From contig CAVVLJ010000017.1 in the NCBI GenBank assembly GCA_963749075.1, positions 160,001 to 224,000 on the forward strand: 64,000 nucleotides of DNA. Direction: 5' to 3'. Positions 1 to 9,929 of the stretch are shown piece after piece; the first letter of the stretch is position 1, and each line of letters opens with the position of its first letter. The position numbers and the translations under genes are program-made. The notes under the pieces are model-generated. The model saw only the letters and a program-made list of their open reading frames with translations, was not told the DNA's origin and searched no databases. The stretch is from an uncultured Pseudomonadota bacterium (GTDB taxonomy: Bacteria > Pseudomonadota > Alphaproteobacteria > JACZXZ01).

Positions 1-427
1 CGAAAGCACGATCGTGCGCAACTTGAGTCCCGCCGCGCGCACGATGGAGAAGCTTGCCGCGGCCGGCGTCAGCTTTGCCGTCGACGATTTCGGCATCGAG
101 CACTCGGCGCTCAGCCATCTCTCCCAGCTGCCGATCGACGTGCTCAAGGTCGATCATTCCTTCGTCGCGCGAATGACCGCCGACGCCGCGCACGCAGCGC
201 TCGTGCAGGGCATCGTCACCATGACGCACGCCATGAAGAAGAAGGCGGTGGCGGAAGGCATCGAGACCGAGCAAGAGCTGGCCTACCTGCGCGCCTACCG
301 CTGCGATGCGTTGCAGGGCTATCTCTTCAGCCCGCCCGTGCCGGTGGCGGAGTTCGCCCGCCTGCTGCGCGCGAAGACCCTGCCCCCCGCCTCCGCGCGC
401 GCGCCCGCGGCGCCGCAGCGCGCCTAA
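1..427 (+). CDS. EAL-domain protein (c-di-GMP phosphodiesterase family), 5'-truncated by window edge
   Basis: VDDFG, LPIDVLKVDHSFV, VAEGIET, LQGYLFSPP are EAL C-terminal motifs. Confidence 0.9.
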   Translation, partial: ESTIVRNLSPAARTMEKLAAAGVSFAVDDFGIEHSALSHLSQLPIDVLKVDHSFVARMTADAAHAALVQGIVTMTHAMKKKAVAEGIETEQELAYLRAYRCDALQGYLFSPPVPVAEFARLLRAKTLPPASARAPAAPQRA

Positions 428-1215
428 TTCTCGTAGAAGACGTCGACGCGGCGGTTGGCGGCAGCGCCGCTCAACCCGGCGAGCGAGGCCACGGGCGCGC
501 TGTCGCCCTCGGCGGTGACGCTGAGCTCGGCGTCGGTCAGGCCGAGACGGACGAGCGCGCGCGCCACGGCGTTGCCGCGCGTGACCGACAGGTCGAAGTC
601 GTCGAGCTTGACCTCTCCGCCGGTCTCGCCCTCGCGCTCGGCGTGCCCGACGAGCTCGAGGCGGCCGCCCTGCCGCCGCACGCTTTCGGCGAGCGGCCGG
701 AGCTTGGCGACCTGCCTGGGATCGATCTCGGAGGAGCCCTCCGCGAAGAACACGATCGCAACACGTCGCGCCGCGCCGAGGACGGCGGAGCTTGGGGCAT
801 TGCCGGCCGGGCCGGCCGGCGGCGCCGCGGCGGCGTCGGCCAGCTTGACCGGCTGCTCCGCCTCGACGAAGCCCTTGGGCAGCGCCGGGGGCGGCGACGG
901 GAGCTGGGGTGCCGCGGCCCTGTCGGGCGTATAGGTGGTCGCCTTGTTGTCGGCCTCGAGCTTCTTCTGCAGCGCCGCGCGCGCCGCCGGGGCCGTCGCC
1001 GTGGGGGCGGCCGGCACCGAAGCGAGGTTGGGGTAGGGCAAAGTCGTGCCGGGGATGGGGCCGGCGACCTCCGGCATCATGGCCTTGCGGACATCGAGGT
1101 CTTCCGCCTCGCAGGCGGCAAGTGCAGAGAGGGCCAGGCCCAGGAGAACCAGCCGGCCGAGCCGCGAGGTCCGGCTCCGGCCGGCGCCGCGGCACGTCTT
1201 CGCCGTCCTTGCCAT
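424..1215 (-). CDS. OmpA-family (peptidoglycan-binding) lipoprotein
   Basis: Lipobox LAAC, Pro/Ala linker, C-terminal LSVTRGNAV...NRRVDV. Confidence 0.8.
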   Translation of the reverse strand: MARTAKTCRGAGRSRTSRLGRLVLLGLALSALAACEAEDLDVRKAMMPEVAGPIPGTTLPYPNLASVPAAPTATAPAARAALQKKLEADNKATTYTPDRAAAPQLPSPPPALPKGFVEAEQPVKLADAAAAPPAGPAGNAPSSAVLGAARRVAIVFFAEGSSEIDPRQVAKLRPLAESVRRQGGRLELVGHAEREGETGGEVKLDDFDLSVTRGNAVARALVRLGLTDAELSVTAEGDSAPVASLAGLSGAAANRRVDVFYEN

Positions 1216-1404
1216 GGCAACGCCACACCTCCAAGGCGCCGCGCCAGCCGAGCGGCCTTGGTCATCGATCTTACTTTGATTGCCGATATCGTGTAATGGA
1301 ACGATGTGGCTTGCGCAAGGTCTTGAGGACCGGCGGGCGCGCCGCCGTGCTCAACGCAGCCGGCGGCGAGGGCGAAGGTCCAGGGCTAAGGTAAGGAGTG
1401 CCTC

Positions 1405-3219
1405 ATGGCGGCTGAAAGCGATCCCGGGCAGCGCGGCCCCGACATCAAGCTGCCCGATCCGGTCGAGTTCTCGCGCGCGCTCGCCAAGATCGCCGAGCGC
1501 AGCCAGCGCCTCGTCAGCGAGTTCCTCGCGCGCCAGCAGGGCGACCGCCACGTCGGCATGGCGGACCCGCTCAACGTCGGCAGCGCCTTCATCCAGATGA
1601 CGGCGCGTCTCATGGCCAATCCGGCCAAGCTGGTCGAGGCCCAGGTCAGCCTCTGGCGCGACTACATGTCGCTCTGGCAGAACACCACGCGGCGCTGGCT
1701 CGGCAGCGAGGCCGAGGCGGTGGCCGAGCCGCACACCGAGGACCGCCGCTTCAAGGACCCCTCCTGGGAGGAGAACCAGCTCTTCGACTTCATCAAGCAG
1801 TCCTATCTTCTGTCCGCGCGCTGGATCCAGAAGACGGTGAGCGAGGTCGACGGGCTCGACGACAAGACCGCCAAGAAGGTCGATTTCTACACCCGCCAGT
1901 TCGTCGACGCGATGGCGCCCTCCAACTTCGTCATGACCAACCCCGAGGTCATCCGCGCCACCGTCGAATCGAGCGGCGAGAACCTCGTCAAGGGGCTCGG
2001 CAACCTGCTCGAGGACCTCGAGCGCGGCAAGGGCAAGCTCCACATCAAGATGACCGACATGGAGGTGTTCAAGCTCGGCGAGAACATCGCCGTGACGCCG
2101 GGCAAGGTGGTCTATCAGAACGACCTCCTCCAGCTCATCCAGTACGCTCCCACGACCGAGGAGGCGTTCCGGCGCCCGCTCCTCATCGTGCCGCCGTGGA
2201 TCAACAAGTTCTACATCCTCGACCTGCGCGAGAAGAACTCCTTCATCAAATGGGCGGTCTCCGAGGGCCACACGGTGTTCGTGGTCTCCTGGGTCAACCC
2301 GGACGAGCGCCTCGCGGCCAAGAGCTTCGAGGACTACATGTTCGAGGGCATGCTCGCCTCGCTCGACGCGATCGCCAAGGCGACCGGCGAAAAGGAGGTC
2401 AACGTCATCGGCTACTGCCTCGGCGGCACGCTCCTCTCGGCGACGCTCGCCTACATGGCGGTCAAGGAGGACGCGCGCATCAAGAGCGCCACCTTCTTCG
2501 CCGCCATGGTCGATTTCACCGAGCCGGGCGAGCTCGGCGTCTTCATCGACGAGGAGCAGCTCGCCTCCCTCGAGGCCACGATGCGCGAGAAGGGCTACCT
2601 CGAAGGCTCGGCCATGGCGACCACCTTCAACATGCTGCGCGCCAACGACCTCATCTGGTCGTTCGTGGTCAACAACTATCTCCTCGGCAAGGACCCCTTC
2701 CCCTTCGATCTGCTCTATTGGAACGCCGATTCGACGCGCATGCCGGCGGCCATGCACAGCTTTTACTTGCGCAAGATGTACCAGGAGAACCAGCTCGTCG
2801 TACCCGGCGGCATCGAGCTCGGCGGCGTCCCAATCGACCTCGGCAAGATCGACCTTCCCGTCTTCATCCTCTCGACGCGCGAGGACCACATCGCACCCTG
2901 GAAATCGACCTTCGCGGCGGTGCACCTCTACAAGGGGCCGGTGCGCTTCTGCCTCGCCGCCTCGGGCCACATCGCGGGCGTGGTCAACCCGCCGGCTGCC
3001 GCGAAGTACTGCTACTGGACGGGCGGCAAGAAGATGAAGACGCCCGAGGCCTGGCTCGCCGCGGCCGAGCAGCGCCCCGGCTCGTGGTGGCCGGAGTGGG
3101 GCAAGTGGGTGGCGAAGTACGGCGGCGGCAAGGTCAAGGCGCGCGTGCCCGGCGACGGCGCGCTTCAGCCGATCGAGGACGCGCCCGGCTCCTACGTGCG
3201 CGTGAAGGCGGCGTGCTAG
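1405..3219 (+). CDS. phaC: Class I poly(3-hydroxyalkanoate) synthase
   Basis: PPWINKFYILDL, lipase box GYCLGG, DHIAPW, SGHIAG; RBS AGGAG. Confidence 0.96.
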   Translation: MAAESDPGQRGPDIKLPDPVEFSRALAKIAERSQRLVSEFLARQQGDRHVGMADPLNVGSAFIQMTARLMANPAKLVEAQVSLWRDYMSLWQNTTRRWLGSEAEAVAEPHTEDRRFKDPSWEENQLFDFIKQSYLLSARWIQKTVSEVDGLDDKTAKKVDFYTRQFVDAMAPSNFVMTNPEVIRATVESSGENLVKGLGNLLEDLERGKGKLHIKMTDMEVFKLGENIAVTPGKVVYQNDLLQLIQYAPTTEEAFRRPLLIVPPWINKFYILDLREKNSFIKWAVSEGHTVFVVSWVNPDERLAAKSFEDYMFEGMLASLDAIAKATGEKEVNVIGYCLGGTLLSATLAYMAVKEDARIKSATFFAAMVDFTEPGELGVFIDEEQLASLEATMREKGYLEGSAMATTFNMLRANDLIWSFVVNNYLLGKDPFPFDLLYWNADSTRMPAAMHSFYLRKMYQENQLVVPGGIELGGVPIDLGKIDLPVFILSTREDHIAPWKSTFAAVHLYKGPVRFCLAASGHIAGVVNPPAAAKYCYWTGGKKMKTPEAWLAAAEQRPGSWWPEWGKWVAKYGGGKVKARVPGDGALQPIEDAPGSYVRVKAAC

Positions 3220-3234
3220 CGCTGCGGCCGATCC

Positions 3235-4287
3235 TCACGGGAAGAGCGGCTGCTGCTCGAGGCCCGCGGTCTCAGGGAAGCCCTGCATCACGTTCATGTC
3301 CTGCACGGCCTGGCCCGAGGCGCCCTTCACCAGATTGTCGAGCACCGAGACGATGATCGCGCGGCCCGGCACGCGGTCGGCGAAGACGCCGATGAGGCAA
3401 TGGTTCGAGCCGCGCACGTGGCGCGTCGCAGGGGCTATGCCCTTGGGCACCACGCGCACGAAGGGCTCGCCCGCATAGCGCTCCGCGAGCGCCGCCCGCA
3501 GGTCGTCGGCCGCGGCACCGCCTGCGAGGCGCACGTAGATCGTCGAGAGGATGCCGCGGTTCATCGGCATGAGGTGCGGCGTGAAATTGATCTTGAGCTT
3601 GCGCCCGGCCGCGGCCGAGAGCTCCTGCTCCATCTCCGGCGTGTGGCGGTGGTGCGCCACGCCATAGGCGTGAATGCCCTCGGAAACCTCGGCGAACAGC
3701 ATGTCCTCGCGCAGCGAGCGCCCGGCGCCGGTGACGCCCGACTTGCAGTCGATGATGATGTCGTCGGCCTCGATGGCGCCCGCCGCGACGAGCGGCACGA
3801 GCGGCAAGAGCGAGGCGGTCGGATAGCAGCCGGGCACGGCGCAGAGCCGCGTCTTCCTGAGGGCCTCGCGCTTGAGCTCGGTCAGGCCGTAGACCGCCTC
3901 CTTCTGGAGCTCGAGAGCGAGGTGGGCATGGCCGTACCAGGTGGCATACTCCTCCGGGTCCTCGAGGCGGAAATCCGCCGAGAGGTCGATGACCTTGAGC
4001 CGGCGCGGGAGTGCCGCGACGACCTCCTGGGTCGTGCTGTGGGGCAGGCCGCAGAAGACCACGTCGGCCTTGTCCCAGTCGGCGTCGGCGATCTTGATGA
4101 GCGGCGGGAGCTCGAGCCCGCCCAAGTGGGGAAACACCTCGGCAAGCGGCTTGCCGGCATGGCGGTCGGCGGTGAGCAAGGTGAGCTCGGCCGCGGGGTG
4201 GCGAGCGAGCAGACGCAGGAGCTCGGCGCCCGTATAGCCGCTGGCCCCCAGCACGCCGATCTTGATGCGGTTCGAGGTCTTTGCCAT
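3235..4287 (-). CDS. argC: N-acetyl-gamma-glutamyl-phosphate reductase
   Basis: GASGYTG, PGCYPT, DNLVKGASGQA; start moved to ATG at 4287. Confidence 0.96.
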   Translation of the reverse strand: MAKTSNRIKIGVLGASGYTGAELLRLLARHPAAELTLLTADRHAGKPLAEVFPHLGGLELPPLIKIADADWDKADVVFCGLPHSTTQEVVAALPRRLKVIDLSADFRLEDPEEYATWYGHAHLALELQKEAVYGLTELKREALRKTRLCAVPGCYPTASLLPLVPLVAAGAIEADDIIIDCKSGVTGAGRSLREDMLFAEVSEGIHAYGVAHHRHTPEMEQELSAAAGRKLKINFTPHLMPMNRGILSTIYVRLAGGAAADDLRAALAERYAGEPFVRVVPKGIAPATRHVRGSNHCLIGVFADRVPGRAIIVSVLDNLVKGASGQAVQDMNVMQGFPETAGLEQQPLFP

Positions 4288-4337
4288 GGCACGCTGCCTT
4301 TCCTCGCGGTCGAGAGTAGATCGTGGCTGCACATGCG

Positions 4338-4366
4338 AAAAGGGGCGTCCCCTGCGGGACGCCCCT
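4338..4366 (-). terminator. Intrinsic terminator after rpsI
   Basis: Perfect 10-bp stem GGGGCGTCCC/GGGACGCCCC, 4-nt loop, followed by TTTT on the minus strand. Confidence 0.75.
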
Positions 4367-4393
4367 GAATTGGGAACGGCGCTCCCCGAGGGA

Positions 4394-4843
4394 TCAGCGC
4401 TTGGAGAACTGGAAGCTACGTCGCGCCTTGGCGCGGCCGTACTTCTTGCGCTCGACGACGCGCGCGTCGCGCGTGAGGAAGCCCGCCTGCTTGAGGGTGG
4501 GGCGGAGCTCCGGCTCGAAATGGGCGAGTGCCCGCGAGATGCCGTGGCGCACGGCACCCGCCTGGCCCGAGAGGCCGCCGCCGAGCACGGTGCAGACGAC
4601 GTCGAACTGGCCGGTCCGGTTGGCCGCGGCGAACGGCTGGTTGAGCAGCATGCGCAGCACCGGCCGGGCGAAATAGACCTGGCTCTCGCGGCCGTTGACG
4701 GTGACCTTGCCGCTGCCGCGCTTGAGCCACACGCGGGCGATGGCGTTCTTGCGCTTGCCGGTCGCATAGGCGCGTCCCTGCGCGTCGATGCGCGGCCGGA
4801 CGGGCTCGGCCGCGGTTCCCACGCTGGCGCTCATCTCGGCCAT
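4394..4843 (-). CDS. rpsI: 30S ribosomal protein S9
   Basis: [22 protein letters not shown]-terminal FSKR. Confidence 0.98.
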   Translation of the reverse strand: MAEMSASVGTAAEPVRPRIDAQGRAYATGKRKNAIARVWLKRGSGKVTVNGRESQVYFARPVLRMLLNQPFAAANRTGQFDVVCTVLGGGLSGQAGAVRHGISRALAHFEPELRPTLKQAGFLTRDARVVERKKYGRAKARRSFQFSKR

Positions 4844-4845
4844 GC

Positions 4846-5310
4846 TCAGGCGCTCCTCTTGTTCTTCGGATTGCGCGCGGCGAAGTCGATCTTCACCGGG
4901 CTCTGCGCCTCATGAGGATGGGCGGCACCGGCATAGACGCGCAGGTGGCCCATCTGCTGGCGCCCGAGCGGGCCGCGCGGCACCATGCGCTCGACCGCCT
5001 TGTAGATCGCCTCCTCCGGGTGCTTGCCGCCCAGGATCTGACCCATGCTGCGCTCCTTGATGCCGCCCGGGTAGCCGGTGTGGTGGTAGAGCTTGCGGTC
5101 GGTGAGCTTCTTGCCGGTGAGCCGCACCTTCTCGGCGTTGATCACCACCACATGGTCGCCGGTGTCGACGTGGGGCGTAAAGATGGCGAGATGCTTGCCG
5201 CGCAGGCGGCGCGCGATCTCGGACGCGAGGCGGCCGAGCACCAGGCCGTCCGCGTCGAACAGCACCCACTTCTTCTCGACCTCCGCCGGCTTGGCCGAAT
5301 AGGTCCTCAT
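4846..5310 (-). CDS. rplM: 50S ribosomal protein L13
   Basis: [25 protein letters not shown]; adjacent to rpsI. Confidence 0.98.
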   Translation of the reverse strand: MRTYSAKPAEVEKKWVLFDADGLVLGRLASEIARRLRGKHLAIFTPHVDTGDHVVVINAEKVRLTGKKLTDRKLYHHTGYPGGIKERSMGQILGGKHPEEAIYKAVERMVPRGPLGRQQMGHLRVYAGAAHPHEAQSPVKIDFAARNPKNKRSA

Positions 5311-5382
5311 CGCTTCCACCACCAGAGAAAGACAGGCGCGGGCCCCGGAGGAACGCCCCTCGGGACCCGCGACGCGGCCGGG

Positions 5383-5410
5383 ACTATGGCAGGAAAAACG
5401 CGGATGTCAA
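5383..5410 (-). promoter_or_regulatory. Sigma70-type promoter for rplM-rpsI
   Basis: Minus strand TTGACA-N16-CATAGT about 70 bp upstream of rplM. Confidence 0.6.
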
Positions 5411-5459
5411 CCGCAAAGGCCCGAAAAGACCCGGTTTCGTGCGGTTCTCGTGCGCGGTA

Positions 5460-5903
5460 TCAAGGTACCGCGATCTCGGCGCCTCGCCGCTCGCCGGGCA
5501 GCGCGTAGGTGCCGGTCACATGGGCGACCGCCTTGCCGTCGGCCTCGGAGGTGAGCGTCACCTCGATGACGGCGAGCCGCCGCCCGAGGCGCAGGAGCTC
5601 GGCCTCGGCAACGATGTCGGCCGCACCGGGCGCGCGGAGGAAATGGACCGAGAGGTTGCTCGTGAGCGCCATGACGGCGCCGGCCTTCATGCTGAGCACC
5701 GCCGCATACATCGCACAGTCGGCGAGCGCCATCATGGCCGGGCCCGCAACCGTGCCGCCGGCGCGCACGAGCTCGGGCTTGAAGGGGAGGCGCAGCCTGG
5801 CCTTGCCCTCGCCCAGCGCCTCGGCGCGGAAGCCGAGCCATTCGGCAAGCGGCAGATCGCGCGCGATCAGCGCCTGGAACTCGGCGGCGGTCAAGCCCGG
5901 CAT
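5460..5903 (-). CDS. PaaI-family thioesterase
   Basis: GGTVAGPAMMALAD hot-dog fold motif. Confidence 0.85.
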   Translation of the reverse strand: MPGLTAAEFQALIARDLPLAEWLGFRAEALGEGKARLRLPFKPELVRAGGTVAGPAMMALADCAMYAAVLSMKAGAVMALTSNLSVHFLRAPGAADIVAEAELLRLGRRLAVIEVTLTSEADGKAVAHVTGTYALPGERRGAEIAVP

Positions 5904-6006
5904 CGCAGCACCCCTCCCCCGTCTCGCGGGCATCCGCGCCCGGCGAAACCTCGTCGAGGACACGCTATCCTCCCGCTCGCCGAACCGTCAGCAAGCGGAG
6001 GAAATC

Positions 6007-6807
6007 ATGGCTGTCATCGTCGAGGCACGCGGCCCGGTCACCACCATCGTCATGAACCGCCCCGAGGTCAAGAATGCGGTCGACCCTGCTACCGCGCGCG
6101 AGCTCCACGCCGCCTTCCTCGCCTTCGACACCGACCCGGAGGCGAGCGCCGCGGTCTTCCACGGCTCAGGCGGGAGCTTCTGCGCGGGCTATGATCTGAA
6201 GGCGCTTGCCTCGGGCGAGGGCGCCGATTGGGCGGAGGCGATCGGCTTCCCTGAGCGCGCGGCCGAGCCCGCTCCCATCGGCCCCATGGGGATCTCGCGG
6301 CTCGAGCTCTCAAAGCCCGTGATCGCCGCGGTCGAGGGTCCGGCGGTCGCGGGCGGCACCGAGCTCGCGCTGTGGTGCGACTTCCGGGTGATGGCAGAGG
6401 ACGCCTATTTCGGCATCTATTGCCGGCGCTGGGGCGTGCCGCTCATCGACGGCGGCACGGTGCGCCTGCCGCGCCTCGTGGGCATGGGCCGCGCGCTCGA
6501 GATCATCCTGACCGGCCGCAAGGTGCCGGCCGAGGAGGCCTTGCGCATCGGCCTCTGCGAATATGTGGTGCCCCATGGCGAGGCGCGCGCCAAGGCCGAG
6601 GCCCTCGCCCACGCGATCGCCCGCTTCCCGCAGGCCTGCGTGCGCGCGGACCGCGCCTCGGTGCAGCGCCAGCAGGGACTATCTCTCCGCGAGGCGATGG
6701 GCGCCGAATATGCGGGCGGCCTCCCGGTCATCCGCGCCGAGTCCGTGGGCGGTGCCGCGCGCTTCTCGGGCGGCCTCGGGCGCCACGGCGACTACGGCCG
6801 CATCTGA
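6007..6807 (+). CDS. Enoyl-CoA hydratase/isomerase (crotonase family)
   Basis: FCAGYDL, KPVIAAVEGPAVAGG, RRWGVPLIDGG. Confidence 0.9.
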   Translation: MAVIVEARGPVTTIVMNRPEVKNAVDPATARELHAAFLAFDTDPEASAAVFHGSGGSFCAGYDLKALASGEGADWAEAIGFPERAAEPAPIGPMGISRLELSKPVIAAVEGPAVAGGTELALWCDFRVMAEDAYFGIYCRRWGVPLIDGGTVRLPRLVGMGRALEIILTGRKVPAEEALRIGLCEYVVPHGEARAKAEALAHAIARFPQACVRADRASVQRQQGLSLREAMGAEYAGGLPVIRAESVGGAARFSGGLGRHGDYGRI

Positions 6808-6871
6808 CGCTCGAGACCCGCACATTGTCGTTTTGCATTGCGCCAAGGGGCCTCGGACGACGTGCGGGGGG

Positions 6872-6982
6872 TCCTTCGAGACGCTCGCTGCGCTCGCTCC
6901 TCAGGATGAGGTCAAGTCGTTCTGCCACACACATATTTAACTCATCCTGAGGAGCGCCCCGAAGGGGCGCGTCTCGAAGGGC
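6872..6982. repeat. Palindromic intergenic REP/MITE-like element
   Basis: CCTTCGAGACGC..GCTCCTCAGGATGAG paired with CTCATCCTGAGGAGC..GCGTCTCGAAGG around an AT-rich spacer. Confidence 0.8.
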
Positions 6983-7081
6983 CCGCGGCGGCGATGCAAG
7001 CCTCTTTGAGACGTGCGAATACCCTAGCCGACGAATGCGGAGTATATTAGCGGCCCGAGCGGCCAGGAGGAGCTTCCGACG

Positions 7082-7903
7082 ATGACTGCGGCAGCGCCGG
7101 CGATCGCCAAGGAGAGCAGTGCTGAGGAGCCCATCCTGCTGCTGCGGCAGCTGGATGGCATAGCCACCCTCACCCTCAACCGCCCCAAGCAGTACAACGC
7201 CCTCTCGGACGCCATGCTCGACGCCCTCCTCGCCGCACTCGACGCGGTCGCCAAGGACGCGGCCGTCCGCGTCGTGGTGCTTGCCGGCAATGGGCCCGCC
7301 TTCTGCGCCGGGCACGATCTCAAGGAGATGCGGCAGCGCCGCGAGCAGGATTATTACCGCGGCCTCTTCGCCAAGTGCGGACGCATGATGCAGGCGCTGA
7401 CGCGCCTGCCGCAGCCGGTCATCGCGCGCGTGGAGGGCATCGCGACGGCGGCCGGCTGCCAGCTCGTCGCCGCCTGCGATCTGGCAGTCGCCGCCACCAC
7501 CGCGCGCTTCGCCACCTCGGGCATCAACGTCGGGCTCTTCTGCTCGACGCCGGCGGTCGCCGTCTCGCGCAACGTCGGCCGCAAGGCGAGCTTCGAGATG
7601 CTGATGACGGGCGAGTTCATCTCGGCCGGGGAGGCAGCAAGGCGCGGGCTCGTCAACCGCGCCGTCCCGCCGGGCGAGCTCGACGCCGAGGTGGCCGGGC
7701 TCGCGGCCAAGATCGTCGCCAAATCGCCCTTGGCCGTGCGCATGGGCAAGGAGATGTTCTACAAGCAGATCGAGCTCGGCCTCGCCGCGGCCTACGATTA
7801 TGCGGGCGAGGTCATGGCCTGCAACATGATGGCGGACGACGTGGCCCTCGGCATCGACGCCTTCGCCGCCAAGGCGCCGGCGCCCAAGTGGCGCGGGCGC
7901 TGA
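7082..7903 (+). CDS. Enoyl-CoA hydratase (crotonase family)
   Basis: FCAGHDL, ATAAGCQLVA, GLFCSTP; RBS AGGAGG. Confidence 0.9.
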   Translation: MTAAAPAIAKESSAEEPILLLRQLDGIATLTLNRPKQYNALSDAMLDALLAALDAVAKDAAVRVVVLAGNGPAFCAGHDLKEMRQRREQDYYRGLFAKCGRMMQALTRLPQPVIARVEGIATAAGCQLVAACDLAVAATTARFATSGINVGLFCSTPAVAVSRNVGRKASFEMLMTGEFISAGEAARRGLVNRAVPPGELDAEVAGLAAKIVAKSPLAVRMGKEMFYKQIELGLAAAYDYAGEVMACNMMADDVALGIDAFAAKAPAPKWRGR

Positions 7904-7908
7904 GCAGC

Positions 7909-8406
7909 ATGAGCGACGCGAGCGACCGCGAGGCCTATCCCGACGCCTACATCCTCGACATCCTGAAGAAGAACAGGGTGGTCGCGATGGTGGGCGCCAG
8001 CCCCAATTGGGTGCGGCCGAGCTACTTCGCGATGAAGTATTTGCAGGCCAAGGGCTACCGCGTCATCCCGGTCAATCCCGCGGCCGCCGGGCAGGAGATC
8101 CTCGGCGAGACGGCTTACGCGAGCCTCAAGGACATCCCCTTGAAGGTCGACATCGTCGACATCTTCCGCCGCTCCGAGGCCGTGCCGCCGATCGTCGACG
8201 AAGCGATCGCGATTGGCGCCAAGGTTTTGTGGATGCAGCTCGGCGTGCGCCACGAGGAGGCCGCGGCCAAGGCGGAGAAGGCCGGCCTCAAGGTCGTCAT
8301 GAACCGCTGCATGAAGATCGAGTTCGGCCGCCTCTCGGGCGAGCTCTCGTGGAGCGGCATCAACTCCGGCATCATCTCGAGCAAGAGGCGCAAGCTGATC
8401 GCATGA
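7909..8406 (+). CDS. CoA-binding protein (YccU-like)
   Basis: VAMVGASPN, VIPVNP, VDIFRRSE, LWMQLG. Confidence 0.9.
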   Translation: MSDASDREAYPDAYILDILKKNRVVAMVGASPNWVRPSYFAMKYLQAKGYRVIPVNPAAAGQEILGETAYASLKDIPLKVDIVDIFRRSEAVPPIVDEAIAIGAKVLWMQLGVRHEEAAAKAEKAGLKVVMNRCMKIEFGRLSGELSWSGINSGIISSKRRKLIA

Positions 8407-8430
8407 GCAAAAAGCCATGAGCAAGAAGCC

Positions 8431-9747
8431 ATGACCACGAAGAACGACGCGTTCGGCTTCGAGACGCGCGCCATCCACGCCGGCGCCTCGCCCGACCCGG
8501 TGACGGGTGCCCGCAACACGCCCATCTACCAGACGACCTCCTACGTCTTCGACGACGTGGACCATGCCGCCTCGCTCTTCAACCTGCAGACTTTCGGCTA
8601 CATCTATTCGCGCCTCACCAATCCGACCACGGCCGTGCTCGAGGAGCGCGTCGCCAGCCTCGAAGGCGGGCGGGGTGCCGTCGCCTGCGCCTCGGGCCAT
8701 GCGGCGCAACTCCTCGCCTTCTTCTCGCTCATGGAGCCGGGTGCGGAGTTCGTTTCCTCGCGCAACCTCTATGGCGGCTCGATCACCCAGTTCCAGCACA
8801 CCTTCGCCAAGTTCGGCTGGCACGTCCATCTCGTCGATCCGGAGGATCCGGAGAACTTCCGCAAGGCGCTCACGCCCAAATGCAAGGCGATCTTCGCCGA
8901 GATGCTGACCAATCCGACCGGCATCGTGATCGACCTCGAGGCGATCGCCGCGGTCGCGCGCGAGGCCGGCATTCCCTTCATCGTCGACAACACCTGCGCC
9001 AGCCCCTATCTCTGCCGGCCCTTCGAATGGGGCGCCGACATCGTCGTCCATTCGATGACGAAGTTCCTCTCGGGCCATGGCACCTCGATGGGCGGCATCG
9101 TCGTCGAGTCCGGCAAGTTCGACTGGGCACAGAACGACAAGTTCCCCTCCATGACCAAGCCGGACCCGGCCTACCACGGGCTCACCTTCTACGAGACCTT
9201 CGGCGATTTTGGCTACACCATGAAGACGCGCGCGGTTGGCTTGCGCGATCTCGGCCCCGCCCTCTCGCCGATGAACGCCTTCCTCATCCTGACCGGCATC
9301 GAGACGCTGCCCTTGCGCATGGAGCGCCACGTCGCCAATGCCGAGCGCGTCGCCGAATACCTCGCGGGCCATGCCGGCGTCGCCTGGATCGCCTACGCAG
9401 GCCTCAAGTCGAGCCCCTATCGCGAGCTCGCCAGGAAGTATCTGCCGCGCGGCTGCGGCTCCGTCTTCACCTTCGGCGTCAAGGGCGGCTACGAGGCGGG
9501 CATCAAGGTGGTGGAGAGCGTCGAGCTCTTCTCCCACCTGGCGAACGTGGGCGACACGCGCTCCCTCATCCTCCACCCCGCCTCGACGACGCACCGCCAG
9601 CTCAGCGACGAGCAGCGCTCAGCCGCCGGCGCCGGACCCGACGTGATCCGCCTCTCGATCGGGCTCGAGACCGCCGACGACCTCATCCGCGACCTCGACC
9701 AGGCGCTCGCCTCGGCCGCGCGCAAGAGCCGCGAGGCCGCGGAGTAG
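8431..9747 (+). CDS. metY: O-acetylhomoserine aminocarboxypropyltransferase (sulfhydrylase)
   Basis: PIYQTTSY, YSRLTNPT, PLP lysine HSMTKF, HLANVGD, HPASTTH. Confidence 0.92.
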   Translation: MTTKNDAFGFETRAIHAGASPDPVTGARNTPIYQTTSYVFDDVDHAASLFNLQTFGYIYSRLTNPTTAVLEERVASLEGGRGAVACASGHAAQLLAFFSLMEPGAEFVSSRNLYGGSITQFQHTFAKFGWHVHLVDPEDPENFRKALTPKCKAIFAEMLTNPTGIVIDLEAIAAVAREAGIPFIVDNTCASPYLCRPFEWGADIVVHSMTKFLSGHGTSMGGIVVESGKFDWAQNDKFPSMTKPDPAYHGLTFYETFGDFGYTMKTRAVGLRDLGPALSPMNAFLILTGIETLPLRMERHVANAERVAEYLAGHAGVAWIAYAGLKSSPYRELARKYLPRGCGSVFTFGVKGGYEAGIKVVESVELFSHLANVGDTRSLILHPASTTHRQLSDEQRSAAGAGPDVIRLSIGLETADDLIRDLDQALASAARKSREAAE

Positions 9748-9929
9748 CGGAGCGCGCGCGAGGCGGAACGGGCGCAGACTGGTTGCCATGCTATCCCGCC
9801 GGCAGCACCCTTCGTGACGCGCATCTCCTTGGCCTTGCCGTCCCGCTTGGCGTTGCCAGCGAATTGCCGTAGGATCGCCGTCCGGTCACCGACCGACGGT
9901 TGCGGCGGCCTCCTCTCGAGGGGAGTGGG

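Noticed and set aside
1351-2970. Long antisense or alternate-frame ORFs (also 7798-9594, 20880-24257, 30529-32847, 37136-39454, 54807-56726)
   Set aside because: Shadow ORFs of well-supported genes, expected at high GC; low-complexity Arg/Gly/Ala translations with no motifs
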